From positions 66,836,001 through 66,900,000 of the forward strand of contig OZ024742.1 in the NCBI GenBank assembly GCA_964016885.1: a DNA stretch of 64,000 nucleotides, in the 5' to 3' direction. Each line of letters opens with the position of its first letter. Within the stretch, counting starts at the first letter, position 1. This stretch comes from Eledone cirrhosa. Its lineage: Eukaryota. A model generated the notes under the pieces. That model worked only from the letters and a program-made list of their open reading frames with translations. It was not told the origin of the DNA and did no database searches. Positions 29,421 through 44,812 of the stretch are shown here, piece by piece. The position numbers were made by a program, and so were the translations under genes.

Positions 29421-31610
29421 TCCTACTACCGCAACCTAGACCCAAACCCAACACGTGTCAAAGGGAATGGGAGATTATCCATGAACTAACAAACAATACG
29501 GACATTATAATTAAGGAAGCGGACAAGGTAAGTACTGTTGTCATTATCGATGCTGAAAAATATAAAAATACTATGTTCTCTCTCTTACAAAATACTAATT
29601 ACTATGAAAGAGTAAAAAACTACCAGCAATAAAAAAGAATGACTAGATTAAACACACTGATTTTTCGATACCAGGAAGACTTAACTAAAAAGGAACGCGA
29701 TTATTTAACACATTTTGAATACTAAACCAGCAACCTTTACGGACTTCCGAAGATCCACAAGTGTAAAATAATTAACGATGCCTGTAAACAATCCACCTCA
29801 GCCTGCGTGAACACACAATACCCCACATACCTTAAATTAAGACCAATTGTAGCGGGCCCACAATGTGAAACACACAGACTGAGCAACTTTATAGACATAC
29901 TACTAAAACCAATTCTCAAACACATACCAAGCCTTGTAAGAGACGATCTGGACCTCTTAAACCACCTCCCCAAACATGTCAACAACGACACTATTATTTT
30001 GTCTTTCAATGTAATGAATCTCTACACAACAATCCCACACCAATACGGACTAGAAGTAATAGGATTCTGGCTAGAAAAATATCCCAATGAGATACCTGGC
30101 AGAATAGAAAAAAGCTTCATCACCGAGGGATTAAAATTTATCTACAGAACAACTTTTTTTTTTCGATGGCAGTAATTACAAGCAAATATCGGGGACTGCG
30201 ATGGGTACAAAAGCCGCTCCAACTTATGCCAACTTAGTAGGGCATACTTAGAAGTCCCGGTCCAGATATATGAACAGTCCAAATCAAAATACAGATTGAA
30301 CTTCCGCAAATATTTATCAGAGAATTGGAAACGCTACTTGGATGATTGTCTCATTCTTTGGTCCCACACACTCGACCAACTGAATGATTTCAAAACTTAA
30401 TAAACGGCATCAATAACCACATCCAATTCACAATGGAATACAGCCAAGATCAACTCCCATTTCTGGACATCTTAATCTTAAAAAAAGATACAAATATTGA
30501 AACTGACATACACTACAAACCAACAGATTCCAAACAATACCTGCTATTCACCTCCAACCATCCAAAGCACACGAAGACGAACATTCCTTTTAACCTAGCA
30601 AGAAGAATTTGTACAATTGTCCCCAATGATGAAACGCGAAATAAAAGACTTCAAGAATTAAAGGAAATTCTACTCGAAAGACAGTACCCACCATTACTAA
30701 TAAATAATGGCATAGAAAGGGCTAAAGCAATAGGCATTGATTAATTACGAACACAGAAACAAATTCAATGTACGTCCGATATTCTATCATATATCTCAAC
30801 ACACAACCCAAGAAATGCGGAAGCTTACAACACTATTCACAAGAACATCCCACTACTGAAACAAGATCCAAGAATGAAAAGAGCCCTTGAAACACACAAA
30901 ATAATCAAAAGCAAAAGACAACCAAAATCGTTGAAAACATTACTCACCAATGCCAAATTACCTACCACAAACCCACAACCAACTGTCACAAAATGTGGTC
31001 GCTCTAATTGTGGAACCTTCACTCACCTTATTGAAGGCAACACGCATACATTTAAATCAGGACAACATTTTGCTGTAAAAAATCACTTCACTTGCTCATC
31101 AAAAAGTCTAATTTATGCCATTAAATGTAAAGGATACAATGAAGATTATATAGGACAAACTAAACTCACACTCAGAAACAGAATGACAGTTCATCGCCAA
31201 CAATTACGAGATCCAACCACGAGACATATACTACTAAGCGCACATCTAGACATATGCGCAAATAATAAGACATCCAAATTCCAAGTCTTCCCATTTTACC
31301 TTTGCGCTGACAATACAACAGAACAAATACAAATAAATAACGAAAATATGTTTATTCAAAAATATAGACCAGCATTAAATATAGTTTAATATACATCATG
31401 TCAACACCATAACATTCTAAGCATCCAAATAGACACATACCATACACACACACACACATAACACCTTCTACTTTAGAAAATAAAAACCAGGACTAAATAA
31501 ACTTTAACATACGTTTGCGCTGACAACAGAACAAATACGAATAAGTAAGGAAAATATGTTCATTCAAAAATATTCCTACTAACGGAATCATTTTCCTACA
31601 CACACAGACA
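29420..31610 (+). mobile_element. Neptune-like PLE, near-complete RT + GIY-YIG EN, multiple stops and frameshifts
   Basis: [84 protein letters not shown] linker, LIYAIKC..YIGQT..RMTVH..H (ORF remnants to 31389). Confidence 0.95.
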
Positions 31611-31876
31611 CACACACAATATATATATATATATATAAATTTTCATTTAGTCCAGAATTAGCCGTCGAAACGGCTTGAGCTCAGCCGTCGGGGTCCTACT
31701 CGTTCCTATTACCCACTCTACTACCCTAAGTATTGAGTACTTTGGTGCGTTATGGTCCACCTGGTTCCTTACCACATTTCCTTCGTTATATATATATATA
31801 CATCTATATTTATATATATACATATATATTTATATATATACATATTTATACATATATATTTATATATATACATATA

Positions 31877-31950
<74 letters not shown>

Positions 31951-32079
31951 CATGTATATTTATATATATACATATATATATATATACATGTATATTTATA
32001 TATATACACATATATATATATATACATGTATATTTATATATATATATATTTATATATATATATATATACACACACACAA

Positions 32080-32162
<83 letters not shown>

Positions 32163-32167
<5 letters not shown>

Positions 32168-32480
32168 CGTAAAATAAGAAAATTATAAAATTAACTTACT
32201 AAAAAATCACTTCCAACTAATTACTTTCTGGAATGGAGTAAATATATTTTCCGAAGAAGCATATGGAAAATCATTCCGTCACCAGGAAAGTCTTTTTCCG
32301 TGTAAGTCTCCAGGCATAGCGAGGAGTCTGGAAACTTATTAAAAAAATAATTCAGTGGAAAGGAAATAGCGAAGCGTGGACTGGATTCTTGGCCATTGAG
32401 AAAATCACTGCCTCTACGTCCGTGGCAAATTCAAAAAGAATCAATCACGTGACATCGAGGTCAATCAGTGGAAAGCGAGT
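32163..32480 (-). mobile_element. Diverged relative of the 555-bp retrozyme-like unit, HHR at 32210-32290
   Basis: Shares gacgtaaaataagaaaat, ccaactaatta and aagaatcaatcacgtgacat with 44806-45765. Minus HHR ctttc-CTGGTGA-cggaatg..cattcca-GAAA-gtaattag-TT-ggaag. Confidence 0.75.
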
Positions 32481-32713
32481 GGTTAATAAGACGGCGGCCA
32501 GCCTACTACCATAGTAGCAGTCATGGCCAAATATTGCTCGACAAATGAATTGGAGATAATTATGAGGAATTTATATCTAGTAACATTTATATACACACAG
32601 ATGCATATCAATGCTAGCAAATATATAGGTTTTGTCTTATTAACAATGTGGTTCAATGCATGGGGTTGCAACTGGAGTCTTATTTTAAAAAAATATATAT
32701 ATTTATCTGGTTC

Positions 32714-32749
32714 CTCTACCGGTTTCGCAGTTCTTCTGCTTTTCAAAAG
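32714..32749 (-). ncRNA. HHR with U3-A8 core variant
   Basis: Minus: ctt-TTGAAAA-gcag aagaa ctgc-GAAA-ccgg-TA-gag; same family as the 59135-59415 hairpin. Confidence 0.75.
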
Positions 32750-32859
32750 TAGCGTTGAGATGGAGGGTCTGTGGTTTTTCTCACATTTGGTTGGTCTTAG
32801 AATGTTACTTGTTGTATATGGAAAAAAGTGGCTCGAAACGCCATATTTTTAGAGAATTA

Positions 32860-33575
32860 ATTTTGATTGGTTGGTCAATAAGTATAATACATTTCGCGCC
32901 AGTTCGCGTTACAAAGTTCTTCAAACAAGGCGGGGAGGGGGGGGGGGGGCTCAGTTTGTTTCTTTATATATGAGTGAAGTTTGATTGGTTGATGCTGTCA
33001 CGTGAATAAACACATCAGCTTTCGCGCCAGTTTGTTTGAATTTCTTTTTACTTAAAAAATAGGTCTCACGAAGGCTTTTTTATAAATGTAATTTGATTGG
33101 TTATAAATGAAATTATGGCTGTCACGTGAACAAGGTAATTAAATTTCGCGCCCTTATTTGGGAATTTATTTTGTAGCCTTTTAGAGAATTTTATGACAAA
33201 CAAAAAATAATGGTCAAGAGAAATGGGATGGGGGAAATTGTTCTGGTTCAGTGAATATGGCAGGTTGTTTTTTCATATATGAGTGAAGTTTGGTTGGTTT
33301 ATGCAGTCACGTGAATAAGCAGATCAGCTTTCGCGTCAGTTTGTTTGAAATTCTTTTTACTTTAAAAAAAGGTGGCTCACGAAGGCTTTTTTTTAAATAA
33401 ATGTAATTTGATTGGTTATAAATGAAATTATGACTGTCAGGTGAAAAGTTCATTAAATTTCGCGCTCGTATTTGGGAATTTATTTCGTAGCCTTTTAGAG
33501 AATTTTATGACAAACAAAACATAATGGTCAAGAGAAATGGGATGGGAGAATTGTTCTGTTTCAGTGAATATGGCT
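32860..33575 (-). promoter_or_regulatory. Tandem array of CCAAT / E-box / E2F-like modules including a ~310-bp duplication (32960-33261, 33268-33574)
   Basis: Five modules resembling gattggt..(tcacgtga)..tttcgcgc near 32865, 32982, 33093, 33291 and 33409, upstream of the HHR in element sense. Function is inferred only. Confidence 0.5.
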
Positions 33576-34041
33576 GGTTCACTGGTGTGTCAGAATTCAG
33601 ACTTTCTATTGAAATAAAGAAAGTAGAGATATTTATCTTTATTTGTGTGCTTGTGTGTGTGTATAGGAAGATGATTCTATTAGTAGAAATGGGGGAGGGA
33701 GTTGTGTGTGTGTGTATATGAGTGGTATGTGTGTGTGTGTAAGTATGTTAAGATGGAGAGAATATATATATTTTGTGTGTGTGTATGTTTGTAGGAAAGT
33801 GATTCTATTAGTAGCAATGGGGGAGGGAGTTGTGTGTGTGTGTGTGGGGGGGTGTTATGTTTGTGTGTGTATGGGTTTTATGTGTGTGTGGGAGTATGGA
33901 TAGCATGTTAAGATGAAGAGAATATATATTTTGTGTGTGTGTAGGAAAATGTATATATACACGTATATATATATATAAATGGAAAAAATGAAACGAAATT
34001 TAATTTCTCACTCTCAGTACGGCTGTTACTTATACATGCTT

Positions 34042-34125
<84 letters not shown>

Positions 34126-34127
<2 letters not shown>

Positions 34128-34470
34128 TCTGGTAGAGTATATTAAGAAGCCAGAGAAGATCCGTCTCTTCGTAGCTACAGTGGAGATTGTGTTGCTGTAG
34201 GGGTCTGAGACCTGGACACTGATACACGAGAATGTTGAGGCTGGATCTAAACATTAATCAATATATACTGGGGATAAAGAACTCAGATCTGTACTGTAGC
34301 CTCCCAAAAGTCTGCTCGAATGTAACACAGAGGAGACTGAGGTTGGCTGGACGTATTCACCGACATTCAGAGTTGATACTGTACTCAGTGCTTCTGTGGG
34401 AGCCCCTGCACCGACACACTAGAAGAGGGGGACAGAGGTTGACATATGTTGATACACTACGAGGAAATTC
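34126..34470 (+). mobile_element. RTE-type LINE C-terminal fragment
   Basis: MLRLDLNI..NSDLYCSLPKVC..QRRLRLAGRIHRH..VLLWEPLH..RRGGQRLTYVDTL. Confidence 0.8.
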
Positions 34471-34577
34471 AGTAAACTATGTAAACGAAATCATATATAT
34501 ATATCACTGAATCAAAATGGTTTACAGATTCTCATTACTGTATTATTACTACAATTTAATATCTAGTTATAATGTGT

Positions 34578-34615
<38 letters not shown>

Positions 34616-35057
34616 ATGACATAGTAATGAGGATCTGTAACCCATTTTGATTCGGTGATATTTCTCCTAACGTAAATCACACCTATTCCGTTCTGTGCCA
34701 GAATTGATTGACTCAAGTCAATAATTCTATAGTGTTTGGCGCATCAACGAAGAAAGTAATGTTAAGTACGATTGATCGGGCCTAAATACCTAATAAATTT
34801 GGCTCCATTCTCAAGACGTGACATAATTCCAAGAACTTCCTTGTGTTGTTAGGAATCATAATGATTGCTCTTATTCACGAAATTTGTAATAGTCCTGAGT
34901 TTTGACTCTATATTTATATTTCTTAGTGATTTTATAATATTTATACCGTCATTTATGAAGAAACTATAGAAGAAGAAGAAGAAGAAGAAGAAGAAGAAGA
35001 AGACTGTGTGAACAATTCTAACTTTTGACGAATGTTGATGTATTGTTTTCTTTTATG

Positions 35058-35165
35058 ATTTCCCACCGAGGTTAACTTTGCCTTTCATCCTTACGAGGTC
35101 GATAAAATAAAGTATCCGTAATGCACTGGGTAATTGCTGGCCTTGTGCCAAAAGTAGAAACAATT
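35058..35165 (+). mobile_element. tRNA-derived SINE, 5'-truncated
   Basis: ccgaggttaactttgcctttcatcc..gctggccttgtgccaaaagtagaaac. Confidence 0.85.
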
Positions 35166-38100
35166 AATGATTTCTTGCGGGTTATTCCTTGAATAACATC
35201 AACAATGACGCATCTATCACCTTCATCTTCATCATAATCATCAACATTATCATCATGTTATCATGATAATCGCCATAATTATCATCATCAGGATCATAAG
35301 CAGATAGGTTGCTCCGATGAAAGAGTCAAATGTAATATGATATTGCGGTTTAAGTTCAAGCATACTTAGACCAAACAGACGTTTGACCAACATTATTTCA
35401 GCCATGGCCATCTATGTTTGACTTAGAGACATAGTCTCCTTCTAGATTATATTATGTAATGCACGATTTCTCAGTTGTATCTACTGGGCTGATAATCACA
35501 TATTAGCTCCCTTATTGGTTCTATAACCATTCAGATAGCTGAGTGATTCCTATCGTACATATTTTAGTGGACCATTAATTTCAATTAATCAACATTAATG
35601 TTTAATGAGGAACCATATGGTCTATAACTGATGTGAATTAAATCTGGGTGACAATTTCTAAATTGTAATAAAATTAGAATTAAAAATCAGTGATGGTAAT
35701 TAATATTCATTTCATACTATCTATGGCAACTCCCCATGAATGTATGAAGGGTTCCAGTTCTTGCTTGGTCTAGAGAAGCACTCTAAACGTGAACAACTCA
35801 TATAGACAAGTTAGCTACCAGGTTTAAGGATTAGAATCCTTGAATTTTAAGTCACTCAGCCCTCAGTAATTTACACCTAACTACACGGAGTTTTAAATAT
35901 TGAAGTTACTCATTAAGGAGTACATAGCCGTATGGTAAGCTGTATGATATTCCAGTCCCATTACATGGTGCATAATGAAATATTGTATGAAATTATACGT
36001 TAGGTGACTACCACAGTTCTTTGCCAATTATATATAGGGAGAAGCCTATATAAACCTGTCATCGTAATTAATGAAAGTGCGGATTGAATAACGTTGAACC
36101 TTCTAGAAAAAAAAACAAAAAAAAAAACAGTTCATCCAACAAATTCTACAAGAAAACAAATTCAGGGCGAGAAAAAATTATGTTAGAGAGATCACCAAAC
36201 TAGACATAAATAACTGATAGCAGAATTTGGTTTTAATTGATTAGGAATGTGAAATTAAATCACGTTCTTTTGTAGAATATTTTGCATTCCATTGATAATG
36301 TCGTTCCCTGATATAATCTCAAATACTATGATGATTAATTGTAGCAAGACAATCTACCGTTCTATAATAGATGTCAAATGTATTGTCTTCTTGAACAGTT
36401 TAATAACTATTTAGAGTTTTTCATGTGTAAACTTCGATAAAAATACGAAGAAATATATGGTTCAAATGGAAATATAATTCCAAAAGAACGAAATAACCCT
36501 TTTGTGTTTTTAAACAATTCTTTCCAGTTATCAAATTTGATAAATTATTGTGATGATCACTGTAAGAGATAAGATATTAGCATGTGAAAACTGTAGCATG
36601 ACCTCAATTACCGTTTAATACCTTTTAAATGTATACGGCAAAGACATTTTCCTCTCAGTAATTCAAAGTTGCAGATCCTAGCATGTAATGAAATAATTGC
36701 AATTCTTAAGTTACTCATGACAGTAAAATTGTATTTGCCTGAGTCGAAGGGAAGCTAAAATGTTGACACAATCTCGCTGGCTAAGTCACAATATTTCATT
36801 TATTTCACTTGAATCGTTTTAGCTGTATTACTGACTTTAATACCAGTGTGAAGTGTAAACGAAAATCAGATCGTAGTCCCCAAAACCTATAATGTAAACA
36901 CAAATTGGAGAATTCATTTTTGTATTTGTGTTTTTCATGTCCGTTTAATGGGTATGTGTATATGCTGTTTTGTGCTTTATCAACTTGATACGTAATGTAT
37001 TTTATACGAAAATACATGTAACTCCTTTCTAATTAAATTTCAGTGAAAGTTCATTCTTAGATGGAGATTAAAATACGAATCATATTAAAACAATCTCACG
37101 GAATGCCGTGTGATTATCTCCATTTCTAAAATCAGCTGCAAAGCTCATGATCAAGTTGTCCTTCATTCGTGACTCAGTTTCCCTACCGTCCGATACTCTG
37201 CAGTTTATGCAGCAACTAATATGCATTACACTGTATAGATTATGAAATGTATATTATTGATCCATTACACCTTGTCATTATTTCTGTCTGTTCATACTGT
37301 TTCTCTCCTCTCACGTTTTTCTCTATATATATTATTTCTAAGTTTCTATACATGCCTCTCATTTTTTGTCAGCTTTTCCATATATATATATTCTTCTGAA
37401 TCTCACATGGTCTCCCTAGTATTTAATATCGTTATAGTTATGTTGTATTTGTTTCTATTTTATGTTACATGCATGCAAATCTCATTTGTTATAGCTCTGT
37501 GACTTTTTTCAATATATCTTTTTGTGAGTCACTATGGTTATTCACATGCTGTTATTATTACTTACACAATTACTTACAATCACTTATTTTATTTTATTAT
37601 TTCTTAATATCTGTCTTTTTCCCTTTCGGTTTAACTTTCTGTCTCCTTTCCTATTTCATCTCTTTTGTTAATTTCAAACAATATATCTATGACGATGACT
37701 ACATTTCTTATATCGTATGTTTTGATATTTATATAGAGACATGCACATACATACACACACAGGCATGCACGCACGCACACGCGCACACGCACATACACAA
37801 CACACACACACGGGGATGCATAGTACAAATATCAACGGAAAGATGGGCCAGCCCCATCTCCTCAGTCAATGAATCGATATTACAAAGTTGTCGGTTATTA
37901 TGTTTGATACCGTATATTCCAGTGCACACTGGAACATAAGAAAACAGATAGAGACAAGTTATACCATAAGGCGAATTACACAATTATAGAGGAAAACGTA
38001 TCCTAAGTGTGTCAACTGACAAAGAAGGAGGATTATAGTGCTTGACGGCTTAGTCAAAGGAAAAGTTATATCTAAAAGAGAGAAATAGTTAGACAGAAGA

Positions 38101-38877
38101 GAATAATATGGACTGTAGTCCAACGGGTAGAAAAAGAGAAATGACGCTGAGTCGTGGAAAAGCTAAGGGAGAATAGAGGAAGACAGACCGGGTGGTGTGA
38201 TGTCTATTATATGATCGATTAAGTTTGATAGTATAGTTTGAATATATAAGTCCGCATTACTTGATATCTATAAGGACTCGCCGCCTGGATACGTCAATTG
38301 AAAATCCTTATATGCTTGTCGAGAAATGTGGTCTTTTAGACGAAGTTTCAGTGAGAGTGCATATTGTCCGACTTGGTAGATGCAACGAACATGTTTATTA
38401 AATCATCTCAGTGAATCATATACCATTAACAAGAAGGTTAAAATAGCGAGGTTGATTATAAACATAAAAGGGTAAAGAAATTACGCGTAATTTACATGTC
38501 AAGAATAGGTATAGGTGAAAATGTCTGCGGGAAGATAATGCTTAACAATCTGAATATGTGAACAAGAGAAAATTGTCTAATTGAAATTATTCTTCGCCTA
38601 TATACATTTACACACACACACATACGTACGTGCATACATAAATACTTAAAAAAATACATAGATACATAAGTTCATACATACATATATATACATGTATGAA
38701 TATGTATACGTTTATGTCCTTATATATGTGTTTATGTATGAATTGATTGGTTTAAACATATATACCACTATTTGTACATACTTCAGACTCAATTACTACT
38801 GGGTTCAACCAAGACTATCACTCATCTCCTTGTTCCTAAATATACCGAATATTAAAGTGGTAAGTTCACATCATTTT

Positions 38878-38990
38878 GTTCAAATCCCGACGAGGTTATC
38901 TCTGCCTTTCACCCATAAGGGGTGGATAAAATAAAGAGTACAAGTAATGCACTGGGATAATTGCTGGCATTGGGCCAGAAATAGAAACAA
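38878..38990 (+). mobile_element. tRNA-derived SINE, diverged partial copy
   Basis: gttcaaatcccgacgaggtta..tgcctttca..gtaatgcactggg..aattgctggc. Confidence 0.75.
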
Positions 38991-39338
38991 ATATTGTGAG
39001 TTCAAGATTTATGGTTCAAACTATATTATAACAATATATCTACATCTTTGTAGGGATTTTGTTGTGTTTTACTTTAGAAACATTCGAGATCCATATCGAT
39101 ATATACACTTTTCATCATGTTTTCCACCTTGTGCGATTGTTCTCTCGCCTCGAATCCATTGGAATTTCATCTACAACTGGTCACATAATATAGGACATAT
39201 TGCTGCCCTGTACTCACCTAGACCTTAAAACTACAATGGCATCTAGTAGACAGGTGAAGTGCGAGAAGTTTCCGTGTATCAGATTTTTACAAGTTTCAGG
39301 TGACATTTATTTGTCTATTCTGTTAATATTGGATCCAA

Positions 39339-39455
<117 letters not shown>

Positions 39456-39495
39456 TATACATATATATATATATATATATTAGATATATATTATA

Positions 39496-39529
<34 letters not shown>

Positions 39530-39530
<1 letters not shown>

Positions 39531-39670
39531 TTCGTTTCTGAATTTGTTTAGCAAGATTCTTTATCTGAAAACGTGTGTTGAAACCGATATTGTTATGCTT
39601 TGGGAGGGTCAAACAACTGGTGCGTGTGTTTCTTATTGGCAACATGACCCTCCCAAAGCATAACAATATA
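39530..39670. mobile_element. Miniature fold-back of the 41661-42225 family (tail + 24-bp stem)
   Basis: tattgttatgctttgggagggtca..tgaccctcccaaagcataacaata; 39531-39610 is the reverse complement of 42148-42225; (TA)n flanks. Confidence 0.75.
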
Positions 39671-39682
39671 TATTAGATATAT

Positions 39683-39850
<168 letters not shown>

Positions 39851-40684
39851 GGGATAACAGTTTATCGTTATGGCAGTCCACTTAGATGTAGTCCAGTTGG
39901 AGTAGTTCTTGTAGTGGATAGTATTAACCTGTGGCTTTGTTTGACTAAATAAGACGTTTCCATAGTGATGCTGAGAGTTCGCGGTGATTTCTATGTAGTT
40001 TATACTTGGAGTAATAATAATTCGAGAAAGAAGATTGACATGGTTCGCTATACAATAGGGGCTTTATTCACATTGCTGACAATTGTTTCTCTGATATGGC
40101 AGGTCTAGAGTTCGCTATACGCCTGATTTACGCCAATCGATCTCCAATACTTTGTTTATAACCAGTCTGTTTCATCGGAGCGGGTAAAATGAATAAAATA
40201 CATAAGGCATGGTTTTTATATAAGTGTGGTATTAAACCAGAACAATAATATCAATAATAAAATAAAATAACCAGATAGCATACAATTAAAATAATAACAT
40301 CAATGTAAGAGATAGAGTATAATGGAGAATCTAGCATGTTAAACAGACTGATATGATACTGATGTATGGAATTGACATGTGAAAACTGCTATAGGGTACA
40401 TTAGATATAGTGATGGGGTAGCGACTAGATAACAGTAACCATTAAGATGTACTTGGAGACAGAATTTATGAGTTATCCACTGTGATGTAGGTATTCTAGC
40501 AATAAACCGGAGATTTACTTTTTATTTTTTTATTATTTGACAGATAAACATTTTCGTTTGATTAATTTAGTGATGACGATAGTTTTTATGTGGTGCTAAA
40601 TAGAGTTGTAGATTCGTTATTTAAGTGGCCTATACTATGTTAGTTCGAATCGTGGGGGTTAAGTTTTTACAGCATCAATAACAA

Positions 40685-40715
<31 letters not shown>

Positions 40716-40723
40716 TTAATATA

Positions 40724-41602
40724 CAAGATGTGTCAGAAAAGGTCCAGGACTGATGTTGCAAAAGATTTATTTCAAACCCAAACTTCACACTAAGAATTTT
40801 CTACTTCAAATTAATCCCCCTGGAGTCTAATGCACTTTTCCATCCCTTTCTGCCACGCTTGCATGTACTCCTGGAAGGATTCTTCCAGGATCCTCCGCAA
40901 TTCTGTCGTCACAGCCTTTTAGATGTCGTCCACGTCTTCAAAACGGGTCCCCTCCGGGTCGTACCCAAAGATCCATGACTCATCACCGGTGATGACTGTC
41001 CCTAGCAAATCTGATTCGGTTTCAAGACGCTCGAGGATGTCCTGGCACACTTGCATGCGCCGACCCTTCTGGTCATCGTTCAGCAGTTTTGGCAGCGTCT
41101 TCGCGCAGACTTTCCGCACGTCCAAATCTTCAGTGAGAATCTTCCAGACGCTGTCCCCATTCATGCCCAGCTCATTTGCCATCAGTCGAACAGTCAGCCG
41201 ACGATCGCTACCCACCATCTGCCTGACGCGCTCAACGTTGACCTCACTCCTGGTTGTTGAAGGCCTTCCGCTCCTGGGGTCATCTTGCACCACTCAAAAA
41301 CACGTGAGCGTGACATCGGCTCATCTCCATACACTTGCTGAAGCAACCACAGTGCTTCTGACGGAGTTTTCCCCAACCGTACCAGAAAGTTTGTTCGTTG
41401 CTCTGTGCTCATTACTTGACGACCTGAAACAGAGGACATGTACATACAATTATGAAGAAAAAAGTTTGATCGCTGCAGAGAGCTAAGATTACAGTTACGT
41501 ACTCCAGGAGGATTACTTTGAAGGAGAAAACTCTTAGTGTGAAGTTTGGGTTTGAAATAAATCTTTTGTGACATCAGTCCTGGAACCTTTCTGACACACC
41601 TC

Positions 41603-41603
<1 letters not shown>
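40724..41603 (-). mobile_element. Internally deleted mariner element with ~100-bp terminal inverted repeats
   Basis: TIRs 40724-40824 / 41502-41603, TA at left; transposase MSTEQRTN..LGKTPSEA..SRSRVFEW, DDPRSGRPST, VITGDESWIFGYDPE joined directly to GTRFEDVDDI (catalytic core deleted). Confidence 0.93.
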
Positions 41604-41660
<57 letters not shown>

Positions 41661-41664
<4 letters not shown>

Positions 41665-42223
41665 CGTTATTCTTTGGGAGGGTCATGTTGCCAACAAGAA
41701 ACACACGCACCAGTTGTTTCACTCCAATTTATTATAAATTTAATTGTAAATTAAAAAAAATTATAAATTTCCGGTTGGTTGGTTCCACAACCGAAGGTTG
41801 TTCATATATATTGTCAAATTTCTTTCGTCACACATTCTGTGACCTCATCAGTAACCAGGGATTCTTTTGTTTGTTTTGTGCCTCTCCTTTGTTCTGTCCT
41901 GCGCCATCTTGTTTTTGTGTTACAAAAGCAAGATGGCGTAGTACAGAACAAAGGAGAGGCACTAAACAAAGAAAAGAATCCCCGGTCACTGAAGTGTTCA
42001 CAGAATATGTGACGAAAGAACTTTGACAATATATATGAACAACCGTCCCGTTGTGGAACCAACCAACCAACCGGAAATTTATAAAATGTTTAATTTATAA
42101 TAAATTGGAGTGAATGCAACTGGTGCGTGTGTTTCTTATTCGCAAATGACCCTCCCAAAGCATATCAATATCGGTTTCAACACGCGTTTTCAGATAAATA
42201 ATCTTGCTAAACAAATTCAGAAA

Positions 42224-42225
<2 letters not shown>
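41661..42225. mobile_element. Fold-back pseudo-LTR palindrome (about 255-bp arms, centre near 41920, 55-nt tail) with HHRs at 41813-41855(-) and 41985-42027(+)
   Basis: Left arm on minus gtta-CTGATGA-ggtcaca gaatg tgtgac-GAAA-g..TT-tgac; arms visibly diverged; (TA)n flanks; related fragment at about 23050-23087. Confidence 0.88.
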
Positions 42226-42312
<87 letters not shown>

Positions 42313-42609
42313 ATTTTAATATATATATATATAATATATATTTAATATATATATTTTAATATATATATATAATGTACGTGATTCATTTAGTGATTTAATG
42401 GTGTTGGTACCAAAGCAAGCACTCTATGCACAGGCAGATTGTATGGATATATATTTTTTTGTCAAATCCTAGACTGAAGAGCAGATCGATAGTGGAGTTG
42501 GGTCCATACCTCATATGGGCACCTGGAGCTAATAATCTGCGAAACACGCGTAACATTTTGATACGTAATAAATATCTCATACATGTAAAAATAAATTCCT
42601 CGTTTTTTC

Positions 42610-42698
<89 letters not shown>

Positions 42699-42711
42699 GT
42701 TGTGTATAATG

Positions 42712-44805
<2,094 letters not shown>

Positions 44806-44812
<7 letters not shown>

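Noticed and set aside
40070-40125. Minus-strand GAAAcaattgTC as an HHR
   Set aside because: No recognisable 5' core or stem I upstream.
40923-41486. 187-aa plus-strand ORF
   Set aside because: Antisense shadow of the mariner transposase.
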